A stretch of DNA of 64,000 nt, from contig OZ038379.1 of assembly GCA_964036045.1 (NCBI GenBank), positions 13,516,001-13,580,000 of the forward strand, written 5' to 3'. The translations under genes were made by a program, and so were the position numbers. Positions 37,992 to 49,633 of the stretch are shown piece after piece. The stretch comes from Eutreptiella sp. 'Long Island Sound 2002' (taxonomy: Eukaryota > Protista > Euglenida). The notes under the pieces are model-generated. The model saw only the letters and a program-made list of their open reading frames with translations. It did not search any database and was not told the origin of the DNA. Numbering within the stretch: the stretch's first letter is position 1; each line of letters begins with the position of its first letter.

Positions 37992-39644
37992 GTATTGCAA
38001 AGGGTTGCCACTGGACAGGGTGCGGAAAACAACCAATTGTAACTTGGGGTGTATCTTTCGAAAGGGAGTGTGAATTTTATCAAATCGGACATTCCAGCAA
38101 GACTTTGTTGAATTGAATGATGCCGTCCCACCATTTTGGCCGTACTGTCTGACCGCCGTCGTTGCCCTCCAACCGCCGTCAGTTGCCGTCCAAACGCCGT
38201 TGGCCACCCTCCAACCGCCTTTAGATTGTGGGCCTGAATAATGAGCTAACCTCTGGACAGCGTGAGCTTTTTCCTCTAGTAAAAAACGTCCTGGACGTGC
38301 ACGACCTGTTTACTGTTTGGGGGATTGCCTTACAGGACAAGATGTAGCCAGATCAGGAACATCCCCCAGTACTTCACAGGCCGGAGGAAAACCGGGGAAA
38401 ATGAGAGGGAAGGAAAGGCAGCGAAGAGGAACGGAGGCAGAATGGGGTAAAATTGGGACAGATAGGGGTGCACACCTTAAATGCGGCACAAACCGAAGTG
38501 TAAGAGCAGTTGCTGTAGTTGTCGCATGGCTGTGTACTAGATGCGACCCCATTTCCACTTTTATCCCCATTTTTTTGCTTGCTTCACCGTTTGTACTGTC
38601 GTGACCCTCAACCAAAGAAAATGGTGTGATGAGAGTCTAGTTGGCTCAGGTGCACAGGTTCACTTTACCTTTTGGTAAGGGTCCTGATTACTGATTAGGC
38701 CCAGCCACTGATCCCGGGGCATGTGCAGGTGGACGAGAGAGAACTTGTCCCGTACCAAACCCCCCACCCCAGTAAGGCCAGTGTGGGGATGTATCTGGTA
38801 GAAATTCTGATGGCATTCCCAGGGAAAACGACCCCTTCAGTAGTCTGAGCCGACCTTTTGGTGCTTGTTCTTCTTCAAAGAAAATGTGGCGCACTTTGTC
38901 CTACCAATTATGAAGGATTGTGGCGCAGTTCACCCTGTATTAAATTTTTCGCGACATAATTTGTCCTGTACCAAACCAACACCCTCTGTAGAGCGACCAC
39001 AGGAGGGGATGCCCATCTACAAGTTTTTTGAGTGCACAACTGATGTGTTAAGGGGCACCCATGGCTGAAGTTGGGTTTTTGGACTGCCAAGACAAGCTCA
39101 CGGTCCCTCCTACAACTGGCCATAGCTGAGTGATGACAATACCCCCGGCGGTGGGTGGCTGGGTTGGTTAGAGGCCCCCCAAAAGGTTGTGTACCTAAGA
39201 CCGGCCTTCAGGACCGGCCCCCAACCACCTGTGCAAATTTCATTTTTACCCTTCTCAAAGACTTTTTGGGTTTGGTGGGTGGGTTCCAGGGCCGACCCGG
39301 GTCCCACATCGGCCCCGCGTCACCCCTCCCCTGCCAGCCTGGAATCAAGCCAACACACAGCGAGAGGATGCAGTGCCATGGGCTCCTGACCTTTTTGGGA
39401 CTTGGGAACACCGACTCCAACTTTTGAGCCCCAGGATAATGCCCAAGGCGTCTTAGAAAAAGGTTTGCGGGGGAGGGGGGTCGTTCGAGCCCCCTGACCC
39501 CCCCCCCCCCCCGGGGGGGGGTTGGAAAAGGGGCTCCCGTGACAGAGCCTTTATAAAGTGGCAGTCTGAGGCCCAGTCCTGGCTCAGAAATGGGGCCGCA
39601 AAGTGGCCCGAACGAAAATTTTTTTGGAAAAATTCCTCCATATG

Positions 39645-39687
39645 TACCTCAAAATGATCAGCGCGTCGCGGCGATCATTTTGAGGTA
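39645..39687. repeat. Perfect 15-bp inverted repeat hairpin within a dispersed repeat
   Basis: tacctcaaaatgatc-13nt-gatcattttgaggta. A degenerate copy is at ~50425-50470. Confidence 0.85.
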
Positions 39688-41780
39688 TATATGTCGGGGT
39701 ACCCCGGATCCCCCCCCCCCCCTCCCCACACACGAACACAAGAACAGTTGCAGTTTGAATGATGATTGCGCACACCCACCCTGTGGGCGCATCCGGGCCT
39801 TCTGTCACGGGAGCCATCCCCCCAGGGGGGGTGGGGTCCAGGAAATTGGGCATGAACGACCTCCCCCCCCTGCAAACCTTTTTTTACCCACCCCAACACA
39901 CGGAAAAGGTATCGTTCAGCACACAGTGGTGGCAAGGGCAGTGGCACGAGTGGGGGCAACGCTTCCGTCAAGCATCCCCACCCACTCTGCCTGCTATCTC
40001 TCTCCACCTTCAAAGCACTATCCGTCGCTAGGCAGAGCACCCAAGGGGGGGTGGCTCACCCTGTGTGGAATGGGGATCAAAGCCTCAAGCACATGGATTG
40101 GTGGGGGGATGCGCACCGCCAGCTCTTGAGGTTTTACTTGGGCCAGAATCCTCTCTCGCCCTCAGCCAGCCCACTACCTGAGCCGTCTTGTGTTCATAAC
40201 ACCACTAGACCCATCCCCAGGGCTGTGCTTGAGGGGGACGGAGGCTGAAGGGAGGGTTCAGGAGCGGTTGCAAGAGCGGTTAGTGGCGGCTGGAAAGCGG
40301 TTGCAGGGGCCGTGCTGGCGGTTTTAAAACGGTTGGAGGCCACGGGGGGCGGACAGAAGCGGTTGGGGCGGAAGTGACAGTCATCCTCTAAGTGAGGGGG
40401 GGGGGGGGGGTACAGCATCCCCTTCGAGCGCAGGCCTGCCCATCACTCATGTCTTCACACATTCATCGCATTGTCCAGGTTCAGTAGCAACATGTGGAGC
40501 TTCACCCCCATTTGTTTGTGTTCCTCGATGCACCCTGAGATCATTGCTTGCTCTCGTGCACTTTCTCCCTTTTGCCCGCTCTTCCGATACCTCACTCCCT
40601 CGCTTCACGTTTTGTCAAACGTGCGTCACAGATCGCCAAACACGTCTCACACATCGTCAACGCATTGCACAATGCTCAACGTGCTTCACACACCGTCACA
40701 TTCACTTCATACATCGTCAAGCAAAAGCTTCATGCATCATCACACACACCTCGTACAACATCACACACGCTATTTCTGCCTTCGGGTCCAGGCGTACCAG
40801 GGCATTGGGGGCTCTTACTGCGCGGTGTGTGTAAGAAAACAATAGAAGATTTGTTGCATTTTGGTTGTGAGCGATAATGATAGCTGTTTGCTGCTTATTG
40901 GTGTGAAACATGATACCCACCACGTTTTTGGGGTGGAGCCCCTGCAAGACCCGGGGAATCGGGGGCCAAGCCTTTTGCAATGGCTACTTCCTCCGGAGTA
41001 CCAATGGCATTTGTCACATTAGCCATGGCATACCTCCTCCTATCGCGAGTGTGGACAATGGGTATAGGGGCCCAATTTTTTTTGTCAATACCACGTGCTT
41101 GCTAAGTACGGACAACGACATGTATTCCCAAACTCGTGCGGTGCGCGTGGTGCGCATCACTGGAAAGCATTGGCCAGCAGGGTACCGAGCACTTTGACCG
41201 GGCCTGCTGATCTGAAGACGGTCCTGTGTACGAGCACAAGGCCTACATCTGGCCCATCCTCGGGGTGGATTCCGGGCGCAGAAGTCCCTTCTTGCCCCAT
41301 TGAGGTGCAGTAAATAGGGAGAACAACCGGAAACTGCGTGGTGCAGAGGAAGTTGTGCCTGGATATGAGCAATGCAGTCCCTCCCCCTCCTCCCCCCTAG
41401 AGCCGTAGGGCACTCCGCCATCGCAGAGGCGAGCAAGTGCAGCGTGATAGCGGTGATCAAAGGGTTGACGGAAGACAAGATCGCACCCCTGTACTGCCCT
41501 CCGCACTGAAGTTGACTAGACCCAGAAAGAAAGTGCTGGGTGCAGGTTGGGAAACAGGACAAGGAGGTCGAGAGTGGCCAGAGGCCTATTGACGCCGCCA
41601 GCTGCCAAGAGCAGCCAAATTCCAAGGCTTCGTGCCACCCCACCCCCCCTGTCCCGGGTCACTAAGCTAGGGCCTATCCTGAACCCTGTTGTTCAATGGT
41701 CAGCCCCGTTGCACCATTCCTCTAGCCATCCTCCCAGGCCCCCACCCTCCCTTTTCTCGATGTCTCCTATGTACCAAAAG

Positions 41781-42713
41781 GACTGTGGGGCGAGTGGCAG
41801 CGGCAAGACCACCGTGATCGCCAGCACCTCCGGCAACAAAGCCCTGGGCACGACGAATGTGCTCTTGAGTCTGAACATGTTCGCGAAACACAAACTGAGA
41901 CTCAACACCCTCGGCCCCGTGGTTGCCGCGGCCGGAGCGCCGAGTGACGCCGATGCCCGGCCCCTGAGAGACTACCAGCGGGACATTGTGGCACGTTTGG
42001 TCCGCGAGGAGCCGCCGTTTGTGGTACAGATGGCGTCGGGTACGGGGAAGACGGAGGTGTTCCTGGCGTACATCCTGCGGAAGATTCAGGCGGATCCCTC
42101 CCTCAAGGTGCTCGTGCTGGTGCCGACCCAGGCACTGTGTGAGCAGACGTGCGAGCGGGCGAGGGTGGTCCAGCCGGGTCTGGGGGTGGACTATGTGCAC
42201 ACCGAGCACGCGGGCGGCGCGCACGCCCAGGTCCTGGTCATGACGTATTGTCAGCCGTGGAAAAACCTCCCTGGGGACCGGCAGCTGATCATCTACGACG
42301 AGGCCCACCACCTCTCCCCCAAGAGCAAGACCAACAAGGAGTGGTGGCACCTCTATGCCAAGCCCAAAGCGGACAAGGTCTGCTTCACGGCGACCCCCAA
42401 CGCCACTATGCAGCCCCCGGCAGAGCGATTCGGCCGCGTTCTGCGGTACGAGACCCCCGACGGCCTCCTGCTCCCATTCACCATCGACCGGGGGATCGGC
42501 ACCGTCACCGGCCCATGCCCCGTGCTGCAGGACTACAGGTTTGTGGTTGGGTCCTCCGGGTACCTGACGTTCGGGGACTTTGTTGGCCGGCAGGAGGTGG
42601 AGCTCCTGCGGGCATTCGTGCGGCGGGGGAAGAAGAGCATCCTGGCCAGGGTGCTCACCTGTGAGCTGGCGAACGACATTGCCAACCAACCGTATATCCG
42701 AAAGCTGTTTCAG
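41781..42713 (+). CDS. Exon 2: completes the second repeat, then a DEAH-box SF2 (ResIII/UvsW-like) helicase ATPase domain
   Basis: aaaAG|DCGASGSGKTTVIASTSGN continues VDLTQ and matches repeat 1. Motifs seen are LRDYQ, MASGTGKT (Walker A), VLVPTQAL (Ia), DEAH (II) and TAT (III). Ends tttcag|GT in phase 0. Confidence 0.88.
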
Positions 42714-44388
42714 GTGCCTCCCCACCCGAAGCCAGGGGTACGCTTACGCCCCCCCCACCCCCAGGGTTTACCTTAAGGGGGGGGGTGTCGAGAGGGGGGA
42801 CCTAAACGCGGCGGAGAGTGGGCAGCAAAAACCGTAAAACGACCCCGTGGCAACCACCACAACCCCCAGTACGCCAACTACTTGGCTCCACTAATGCGGA
42901 AACGACACCAGCAAGAGCACCGGCTGCAGCGGCCGGCAGAAAGCAGCGATCCGACGCAACATGCGAAGGGAAGAACGGGTGACTGTCCAGGGCCCCGGAA
43001 AGAAACTGCAACCCGACGGAATGTCACACAGGGGGCTGCCCAACCCGCCCTCCCCTTCGGAGCTGCGGTGAGTTTGATGACCTCTGGCAAGCCTCGCTAG
43101 CCTCAATGCCTACAGACCTGGTCCCCGGTGTGGTGGCCCGGCCCCAACCTTGTGTGCCGCATGTCTCAGACTGTGCCCTGCTGCCCTTGTGTTTCTGCCA
43201 CCGTGGCATGTTGTGTGACCTGCAGCGGCTGCCACTGGTGAGCGCAGATACTTCACTGACTGCATTGCGTAGGGCCTCAGCGCCCCCGGTCAGGACCATG
43301 AATTGATGTGGCCGTGTGTGTTTGTGCGGGTGAAAAACATTCAGGTACATGTGCGTGTGTTGGGCTTCACTGCGCCTGAGTCGCCCAGGGTCTGTCGTGG
43401 CCTGCAGCTTCGAGCTGTGGCTCTGGCCCCGAAACCCTGGAAATTGCTGTTTGCATGCTGGACAGTGGCCACACAGTGGCACTGGGGAATTTTCGAAATT
43501 TTGAATTTTCCCTGAAACCCTGTATCGGCCCTGGGTTGGGTATGGGCCATCATTTGGTTACAACATAAGTACCCCCCCCCCCCCTTGTATAAGCTACGCC
43601 CTTGTCCAAGCTACAGTAGGCGTAGAGACTGTAATAATTGTGTACGTAATTTTAATTGCGTACGAAATGTAGTGTGGCCACATGAGACATGGGTTTGTCG
43701 TTTTGAAGTTGCCCGAGCCCAAACCAGCCCCTAAGCCTCAGCCAAAGGCATCTTCAAGTGGTGAGCATGTGCAATTGTTCCGCATGGTGTATGATCCCAA
43801 GAAGGGTTTCCAAGCTGAACATTTGTAGGCTTCGCCAGGACGTTTTTTAGCAGACAAGATTTTTTTTTTTTTTTTTAGTTAAAAAACGTGGTCTTGGCGT
43901 AGTAGAAAAACTTTGTCTCGTACGGTTCACTGTTTGTGCCTGGTGCACCCAGTGAGCTGACCTTTGCTATGCCCCCACCCTCTCCCCCATTTGCCTTTTC
44001 TTTCCTCACAGGTATGCTCCCCTGTGCACATCAATGTCCTCCGATTTTGCTGAGATTGCCAGATATGCTTTGTGTGCCTGCTTGCAGGGGGGGGGGGGGA
44101 TTGAGGTCCGCAATTTTTTGCAATTTTCTGCTTACGACATCGCAATCCCTGCGGTTGGTGTTGAGGCCGGGGGGGGGGGGGAATTGCACAGGGCTGGACT
44201 GTGGGAACTATTTGAAATTTCTGTATGGCATTGAACGGTGACGATGGTACTGATGCTTGTAGCGCGCGCACTTTAGCTGCAGCATCCCAGAAAAACTGGA
44301 TGCGTGTTTGCTTCCCTCTCTTTTCCTTTTTGCCTTGCCCCGCATTTCACCTCATTTCTGGTGCAGTGCATTTTCTTTGTTTATTTCC

Positions 44389-47040
44389 ATGGTGAAAACA
44401 AAGGCTACGACCAAAAGTCAAAAGGGGAAGCAAAAACGCATCGAGTTCGTCCGCGAAGTTGCAGCTGAAGTGAGCGCACTACAAGCTGCTGAACGCCGTC
44501 GGGCTGCGGACGAAAGGGCGCAGCTACGCAAAGGCCCGCGTGTCATCGTCAATTTGGACCCCGGAAATTCTCCTCCGCCTTCTGATTCCGACGAGGCAGA
44601 GCTGCTGGAGAATTTCCGTGCCGGGCAGGATCCATTTGCACCTGGAGCCGGCCGGTCACCGTTCAACGTCAGTCAATGGAGACAGGGAAAAGTGCCACTT
44701 TGGGCCGAGATGCCGTGGATTGTCCCCACTACATTGGGACTCATGTGCTTGATTTGTGCTGGGGTTACCGCTGTAAAAACCGGGTGCAAATGGTCTGAAG
44801 GTACAGCCTGTCCCTCAAAAATAAAGGGACAAGCTCAGCAGCATTGTAAGAATGCGAAGCACAACGAAGCAATGCAAGCTGCTCGTGACGTTTCCGCGTT
44901 ACGCCATTTGCTGCCCATCGACATTTTGTACCCGTGGGCCGAAATCAATGCAGCTGGTACCAAGTGTACGCTTTGTGAGGCTGCGCACGAACCGAAATAT
45001 GGCCCCTGGAGGCTGGGGGAGGAACCCAGTGCATGGGTGTTGGGCAGGGGTTCAAAGCAGCGCGCGGATCTTGATGCTCATGAGCGTTCCCCTGCGCATC
45101 GAAAGGCGATGCCACAGCCTGTGGCACCCCCCCAGGCCAGCCCTGAACGGGCACCCCGCAAAATTCCGGCACCACTGGTGCGTGCAACGGTCAATACGTA
45201 TGGCACCCTCAAGGCTGGCAAAGGGTACAGATTTTTCCGAGAGGTGGCACGTCTGGATCATGTAAAACACGGTGGTTGGGGAATGCAGACGTACCACAGC
45301 ACTGCCACGTACGAGCGACTTCGTCGTATGATCATCCGCCAGGGGAAGAAGCGAACCAGGGCTGCAGTTCTACAGTATCCTGCTCTGGCTCTCATTTTGG
45401 ATGCGGGGACGCGCCGATCCGCAAAATCGGAACCCTTGGCAGTCCTCGTTCGAAATTTGGATGGTGAAGTCTTTGTGGGTGTCCTGGACATGGATTCTGA
45501 GGCTGCTGCAAGCTCAACAGATTGTGACAGGGCTGATGCAGCTGCATATTTCAGATGTGTCCAGGACATTTTTGAAAAATTGGACATTCCCTGGGAACTG
45601 ATTGAAAAACGCTTCGTGGCAGTGGTCTCAGATGGGGCCACAGTCATGGGTTCGTTTGTGGATCTGCTGAATATGAAACGGTCCACAGAAAACCGCATTG
45701 TCTGGGTCCGCGATGCAGCCCATTGCCTTATGCGTGCCATTGCCACTGCTAAAGGCGCTTGCAAGCAATGGTTCCAGGCATTGGATCAAACGGTTGCTTT
45801 CCTTGCAGTTTTTTACCGCACTTCATCCAAAAGGATGAGGGGTTTGCAACGGCATGGTGCTGTCCACTGTTTTGAACGGCGCACAGGCGTTCGCTGGGTG
45901 GAATCCCTGGCCCGTGAATTGCACATAGTTCTGTGTAATTTGTTAGCCATCCAGTTGCACCTGCCTGAATATATTAAAGTGGAATCTGATGGGGAGCGCC
46001 GTCACAAGGCCGAAGATCTCCTTGCGGCAGTGATGGCACCCCTATTTCAGGTGACCTGCGCTTTTTTCTGTGATGTTTTTGAGGTGGTTTGCGTGACCAG
46101 TAAACTGGCTCAGCGGAAATCGGACCTCAGAATCAATGTTGTACGTGGCATGGTTAAAGTACTTTGTACACAGCTTATTAGCATGCAAACGCATGTTGTT
46201 CCGGGGGGCTGGGAGGATCAGCTTGCCTTTGACCCACAGTCCAGCCCTGTGCGCGGCTCCCGTCTCCATTTCCTTCGCGCTCTTGTAGCAGACCTTGAAA
46301 AGCGGTTTTCAGAGGGAGAGTGGGTCCAGGCAGAGGGTGTGGAAGAATGGGTGGAGGCATCTTCATGCTCCTGTGAGCGCATCTTCAGTTACGTGACAGC
46401 ATGTGACCGTGGACAAACAATGGAACGCATGTGTGAAACATTGTGGGTGCGTTGCAATGGTGTTGAAGTAGAAGACTGGTGTCCGACCGAGGTGTTTGAC
46501 GAGTTGCGATTGACACAGTTTCGACCAAGGATCCTCAAACAACCGTCCAAGTCACAGGTGCAGGTGGATGATGGTTCCCTGTTACTTTTTGAAGCTTATA
46601 AAGATCTTGAGGTTCAGTCAGTTTTGCCCATGGACCTGGATTTGGATGAAGAAATTAGACGTTTGTGGGCCGTCCCGCGTAGGGCAAGCAAGGGCAAAAC
46701 AGCATGTACAGCCAGTGTACCGGAAATTCAGGCCATATATGGTGTTGAAGGGGATCCTGACTCTGACGTAGAGGAGGATATACCCGATTTCCCTGTGTGT
46801 CTTACCCCTGTGGAACCTGTTGCAACCCCACCCATGCAACCTGAGCCTGTGAGGGTGTCAACGTATTTGAATTTTCAGTATGGTGTGGACAGTGCTGTCC
46901 GCAAGGCGATTGCGCAGCGTACCATCCATGAATGGACTGTCCAGGAATTGCGGTCTATTTGCCGTGGTCATGCGCTGAACGTGCGCGGGTGCAAGAGTGA
47001 CCTTTTGCAGAGGGTCATTGCACATTTCGGCAAGAAGTGA
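44389..47040 (+). CDS. hAT-superfamily (ZNF862-like) DDE transposase, intact, with N-terminal Zn fingers and a C-terminal SAP-like motif
   Basis: Uninterrupted ORF. CLIC...H...H and CTLC...H...H fingers; LILDAG (D), VVSDGATVM (D), DAAH (the CxxH position), RW, SCERIFS (E); C-terminal WTVQELRSICRGHALNVRGCKSDLLQRV. Confidence 0.88.
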   Translation: MVKTKATTKSQKGKQKRIEFVREVAAEVSALQAAERRRAADERAQLRKGPRVIVNLDPGNSPPPSDSDEAELLENFRAGQDPFAPGAGRSPFNVSQWRQGKVPLWAEMPWIVPTTLGLMCLICAGVTAVKTGCKWSEGTACPSKIKGQAQQHCKNAKHNEAMQAARDVSALRHLLPIDILYPWAEINAAGTKCTLCEAAHEPKYGPWRLGEEPSAWVLGRGSKQRADLDAHERSPAHRKAMPQPVAPPQASPERAPRKIPAPLVRATVNTYGTLKAGKGYRFFREVARLDHVKHGGWGMQTYHSTATYERLRRMIIRQGKKRTRAAVLQYPALALILDAGTRRSAKSEPLAVLVRNLDGEVFVGVLDMDSEAAASSTDCDRADAAAYFRCVQDIFEKLDIPWELIEKRFVAVVSDGATVMGSFVDLLNMKRSTENRIVWVRDAAHCLMRAIATAKGACKQWFQALDQTVAFLAVFYRTSSKRMRGLQRHGAVHCFERRTGVRWVESLARELHIVLCNLLAIQLHLPEYIKVESDGERRHKAEDLLAAVMAPLFQVTCAFFCDVFEVVCVTSKLAQRKSDLRINVVRGMVKVLCTQLISMQTHVVPGGWEDQLAFDPQSSPVRGSRLHFLRALVADLEKRFSEGEWVQAEGVEEWVEASSCSCERIFSYVTACDRGQTMERMCETLWVRCNGVEVEDWCPTEVFDELRLTQFRPRILKQPSKSQVQVDDGSLLLFEAYKDLEVQSVLPMDLDLDEEIRRLWAVPRRASKGKTACTASVPEIQAIYGVEGDPDSDVEEDIPDFPVCLTPVEPVATPPMQPEPVRVSTYLNFQYGVDSAVRKAIAQRTIHEWTVQELRSICRGHALNVRGCKSDLLQRVIAHFGKK

Positions 47041-47101
47041 CCACAGTGAATGGTTTATGTGAATCTGAGTTTCAATGCTTGCAGATTGCTTAGTACAGAT
47101 T

Positions 47102-47325
47102 ACAGCAACCATCCAGAGGCTACCAGGAAACAACAGCAACCATCCAGAGGCCACCAGGAAATAACAGCAACCATCCAGAGGCCACCAGGAAATAACAGCA
47201 ACCATCCAGAGGCCACCAGGAAAGAACAGCAACCATCCAGAGGCCACCAGGAAAGAACAGCAACCATCCAGAGGCCACCAGGAAAGAACAGCAACCATCC
47301 AGAGGCCACCAAGAAATAACAACTA
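47102..47325. repeat. 31-bp tandem repeat x7 (acagcaaccatccagaggccaccaggaaa(t/g/c)a), subterminal to the transposase
   Basis: Units start at 47102, 47133, 47164 and so on up to 47288. Confidence 0.95.
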
Positions 47326-49388
47326 CAGTGCCCACTATGTAAAAATGGCTGGTAACCAGACGCTCCTGCTTTTTTTTTTTTTCTCAATTAAAAAACGTCC
47401 TGGGCCCCAGGCGGCTGGGCGTGGGGGGAGAACACGTAGCCTTACAGCCGCGAGGTGCTGTCTCTGCACGGAGGGGTTGGCCAGGGGCGAGGAGGACAGA
47501 GGGTTTGGTTTGGGTGAGGTGAACTCCCCCCCCCCCCACCCCCGGACGCCCAGACCCATGGTCATCGCCCTGTGCGACTCGACTGGGTTGGGCGCTCCCG
47601 GCTGTCGCGGTCTCAAGGCGTGCTGGACTGCTGACAGCCCTCGAACCCCGCGGTGGCACACGCGGGAGGGAGATACCGCCGTGCCTGTGTGTGTGGCGTG
47701 TACGCTGCTGGGGTGCCTTTGGGTCTGGGGGCGGGGGGAGGCACGTGCGCATGGGGCGGTCTGTCGCCTGGTGCTTCAGGTGCAGGCAGGGAGGCAGTGG
47801 GCGCCTGACGCTAAGCCCGCCGGTGGAGTCATCGGCCTGGACACGCCTCCTCCAGGTCAACTGACATGCCGCTGGCCACCCCACAACTGCCTGGGGCACG
47901 GGGGCGGCTAAGCCTCACACTCGACTGGGGGCTGCCCGCACTCCTTGACTGCGTTGGCACAGGCGGTGCTGCTCAGGGCTGAGTGGCGTCCCACGGTGGA
48001 TTGGCTGCGCGGTTGGAGGGGCCCCGGGGCACGCTTAGCGCTGCCCTGCCCCAGGGCCCGCCCGGGTTGTTCACCCGAGTGGCGGTGCTACTGTCCACGG
48101 AGGTGGGAGGGGGGCAGAGGGCACACCGCCCGAATGACCGCTCCCTTTAGGAGGAGGGGCGGGAGGGGGGGCCTTCAGTCCTCGGGGTGGGGTCAGCCAC
48201 TCCTGGGCCTGGCAAGTCTTCTGATGAGTTCATTGCATGTAATGTGTATCAGGTATCGTTACTGCTCCCCAGCCCTCCCCTCACCACCTTTGCCATCACA
48301 TGGAGGCCTCACGGGAGTTGTTTGTCAAAGCATGGGCTGTTGCAGTTGTGTGTGTTTTACTGCATATTTCCCTTGCAGACACCCCCCTTGTGCAGACTCT
48401 GGGGCGTATTCCCGTCGTTTCCCCTTAATCTTGTCCGTAGGGCAAGAGGTACTGTGCGGTGCCACGTCTTGTGCCCGTTTCCCGCCCTAATCATGGAGCC
48501 GGTCCCAATCTGTCATCCAATTCCAAGGCTTCTTTGAACACCTCCACACTCTTTGGGTGTCGAGCATTGCTGTGCTTGTCTGGGCCAGTCTGGGCCAAAC
48601 CAGAGGGTCCATCTCCCTCCCACCTCCAGCTCTGTGCTCAGACTTTAGGGTCCACAGACCCTCAGCCCGAGTGCAGAGGCATTGGCCACCGCCGTGGGGG
48701 GCCACCAGGCCCGGGCCCTTGACGCCGACCCCCCCCCCCCCCCCCAAAGTGGCACAGAAGTGCCGGCCGTCGGCGCGGGAAAGAACATTTTTTTGCTACG
48801 GGAGGGGGTCAAAATGGTTCCCCCCCCCCCCATATCTCTCTGGGACGTTACGTTTCATGCCAACACGGAGCGTTTTCGGGGGTCGGTGCCTTTGTTGCCT
48901 CATTTGTGCCCGCTGAGTGTCCCGGAGGTAGGGGTATGTGGGGTATATTCGGAAAGCCCTTGAAAAGGGCTATTTGGAACACCCTGGGTCTGCATGCTGT
49001 ACTGACGAGATGTTAGAGATTTTCGTCCGTTTCGGTTCATGCACGAGCTGCTTGCTGCCTCCTTTTGTCAATAGGCAGCTACCATGTCTGCATACAAATT
49101 CACACAACGTGCTGTTGCCTCCCCCAATGCACCACAGAAACCTTTGGTGCGCAAAAGTCGTGCAAACACCGAAAAGTTTGGCCTCGATGCTCAAAAATAT
49201 CGTCAGCTACCCCCCCCTAACCCATGCATTTCTGAAATGGCCTTTTCTCACAGATTTCAAAAAGTATACACATACCCCCCCTACGGACTGAAATTTTGGT
49301 GCTCTGGACGAAAAATGGAGAAAACCCTGAAAATACACGAATTTGCTCCGCGTTGGCATATTCTGAATGTCCCCGAGAGATATGTCTA

Positions 49389-49633
49389 GGGGGAGTATCA
49401 GACGCGGTGCGCGCGCGGTGCATGCGCGGTGCGGGTACTGGGGTTGTTCCGTAGACCCTTTCATCTAGAGCCAATCAGGGGGAATGGTAACGCCTCAGAG
49501 CCCAGCAGGTACCATCTACAACTCCTCTCCCCGTAGACCATCTCCTGGAGAAGTTGTTCAAATACCTGACGCGGTGCGCGCACGGTGCGCGCGCGGTGCA
49601 TGCGCGGTGCGCGCGCGGTGCGGATACTCCCCC
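49389..49633. mobile_element. 245-bp MITE with a perfect 11-bp TIR and 3-bp TSD
   Basis: cta|GGGGGAGTATC...GATACTCCCCC|cta, with internal gcgcggtgc repeats near both ends. Confidence 0.75.

Larger units (their letters stand above)
43835..47403 (+). mobile_element. Candidate full-length hAT element bounded by 15-bp inverted repeats CCAGGACGTTTTTTA
   Basis: Perfect IR at 43835-43849 and 47389-47403 flanking the transposase. The left end interrupts the GEHVQLF repeat family. No 8-bp TSD was found (ggcttcgc vs ggccccag), and an orphan copy of the IR lies at 38280-38294. Confidence 0.45.

Noticed and set aside
40800-41550. Decayed LINE fragment on the minus strand (LSTLAIGGGMP)
   Set aside because: A single loose motif is insufficient support.
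41787-41810. GASGSGKT as a second Walker A motif
   Set aside because: It aligns with GPNASASKT of repeat 1 and is better explained as the repeat-domain motif. No Walker B follows.
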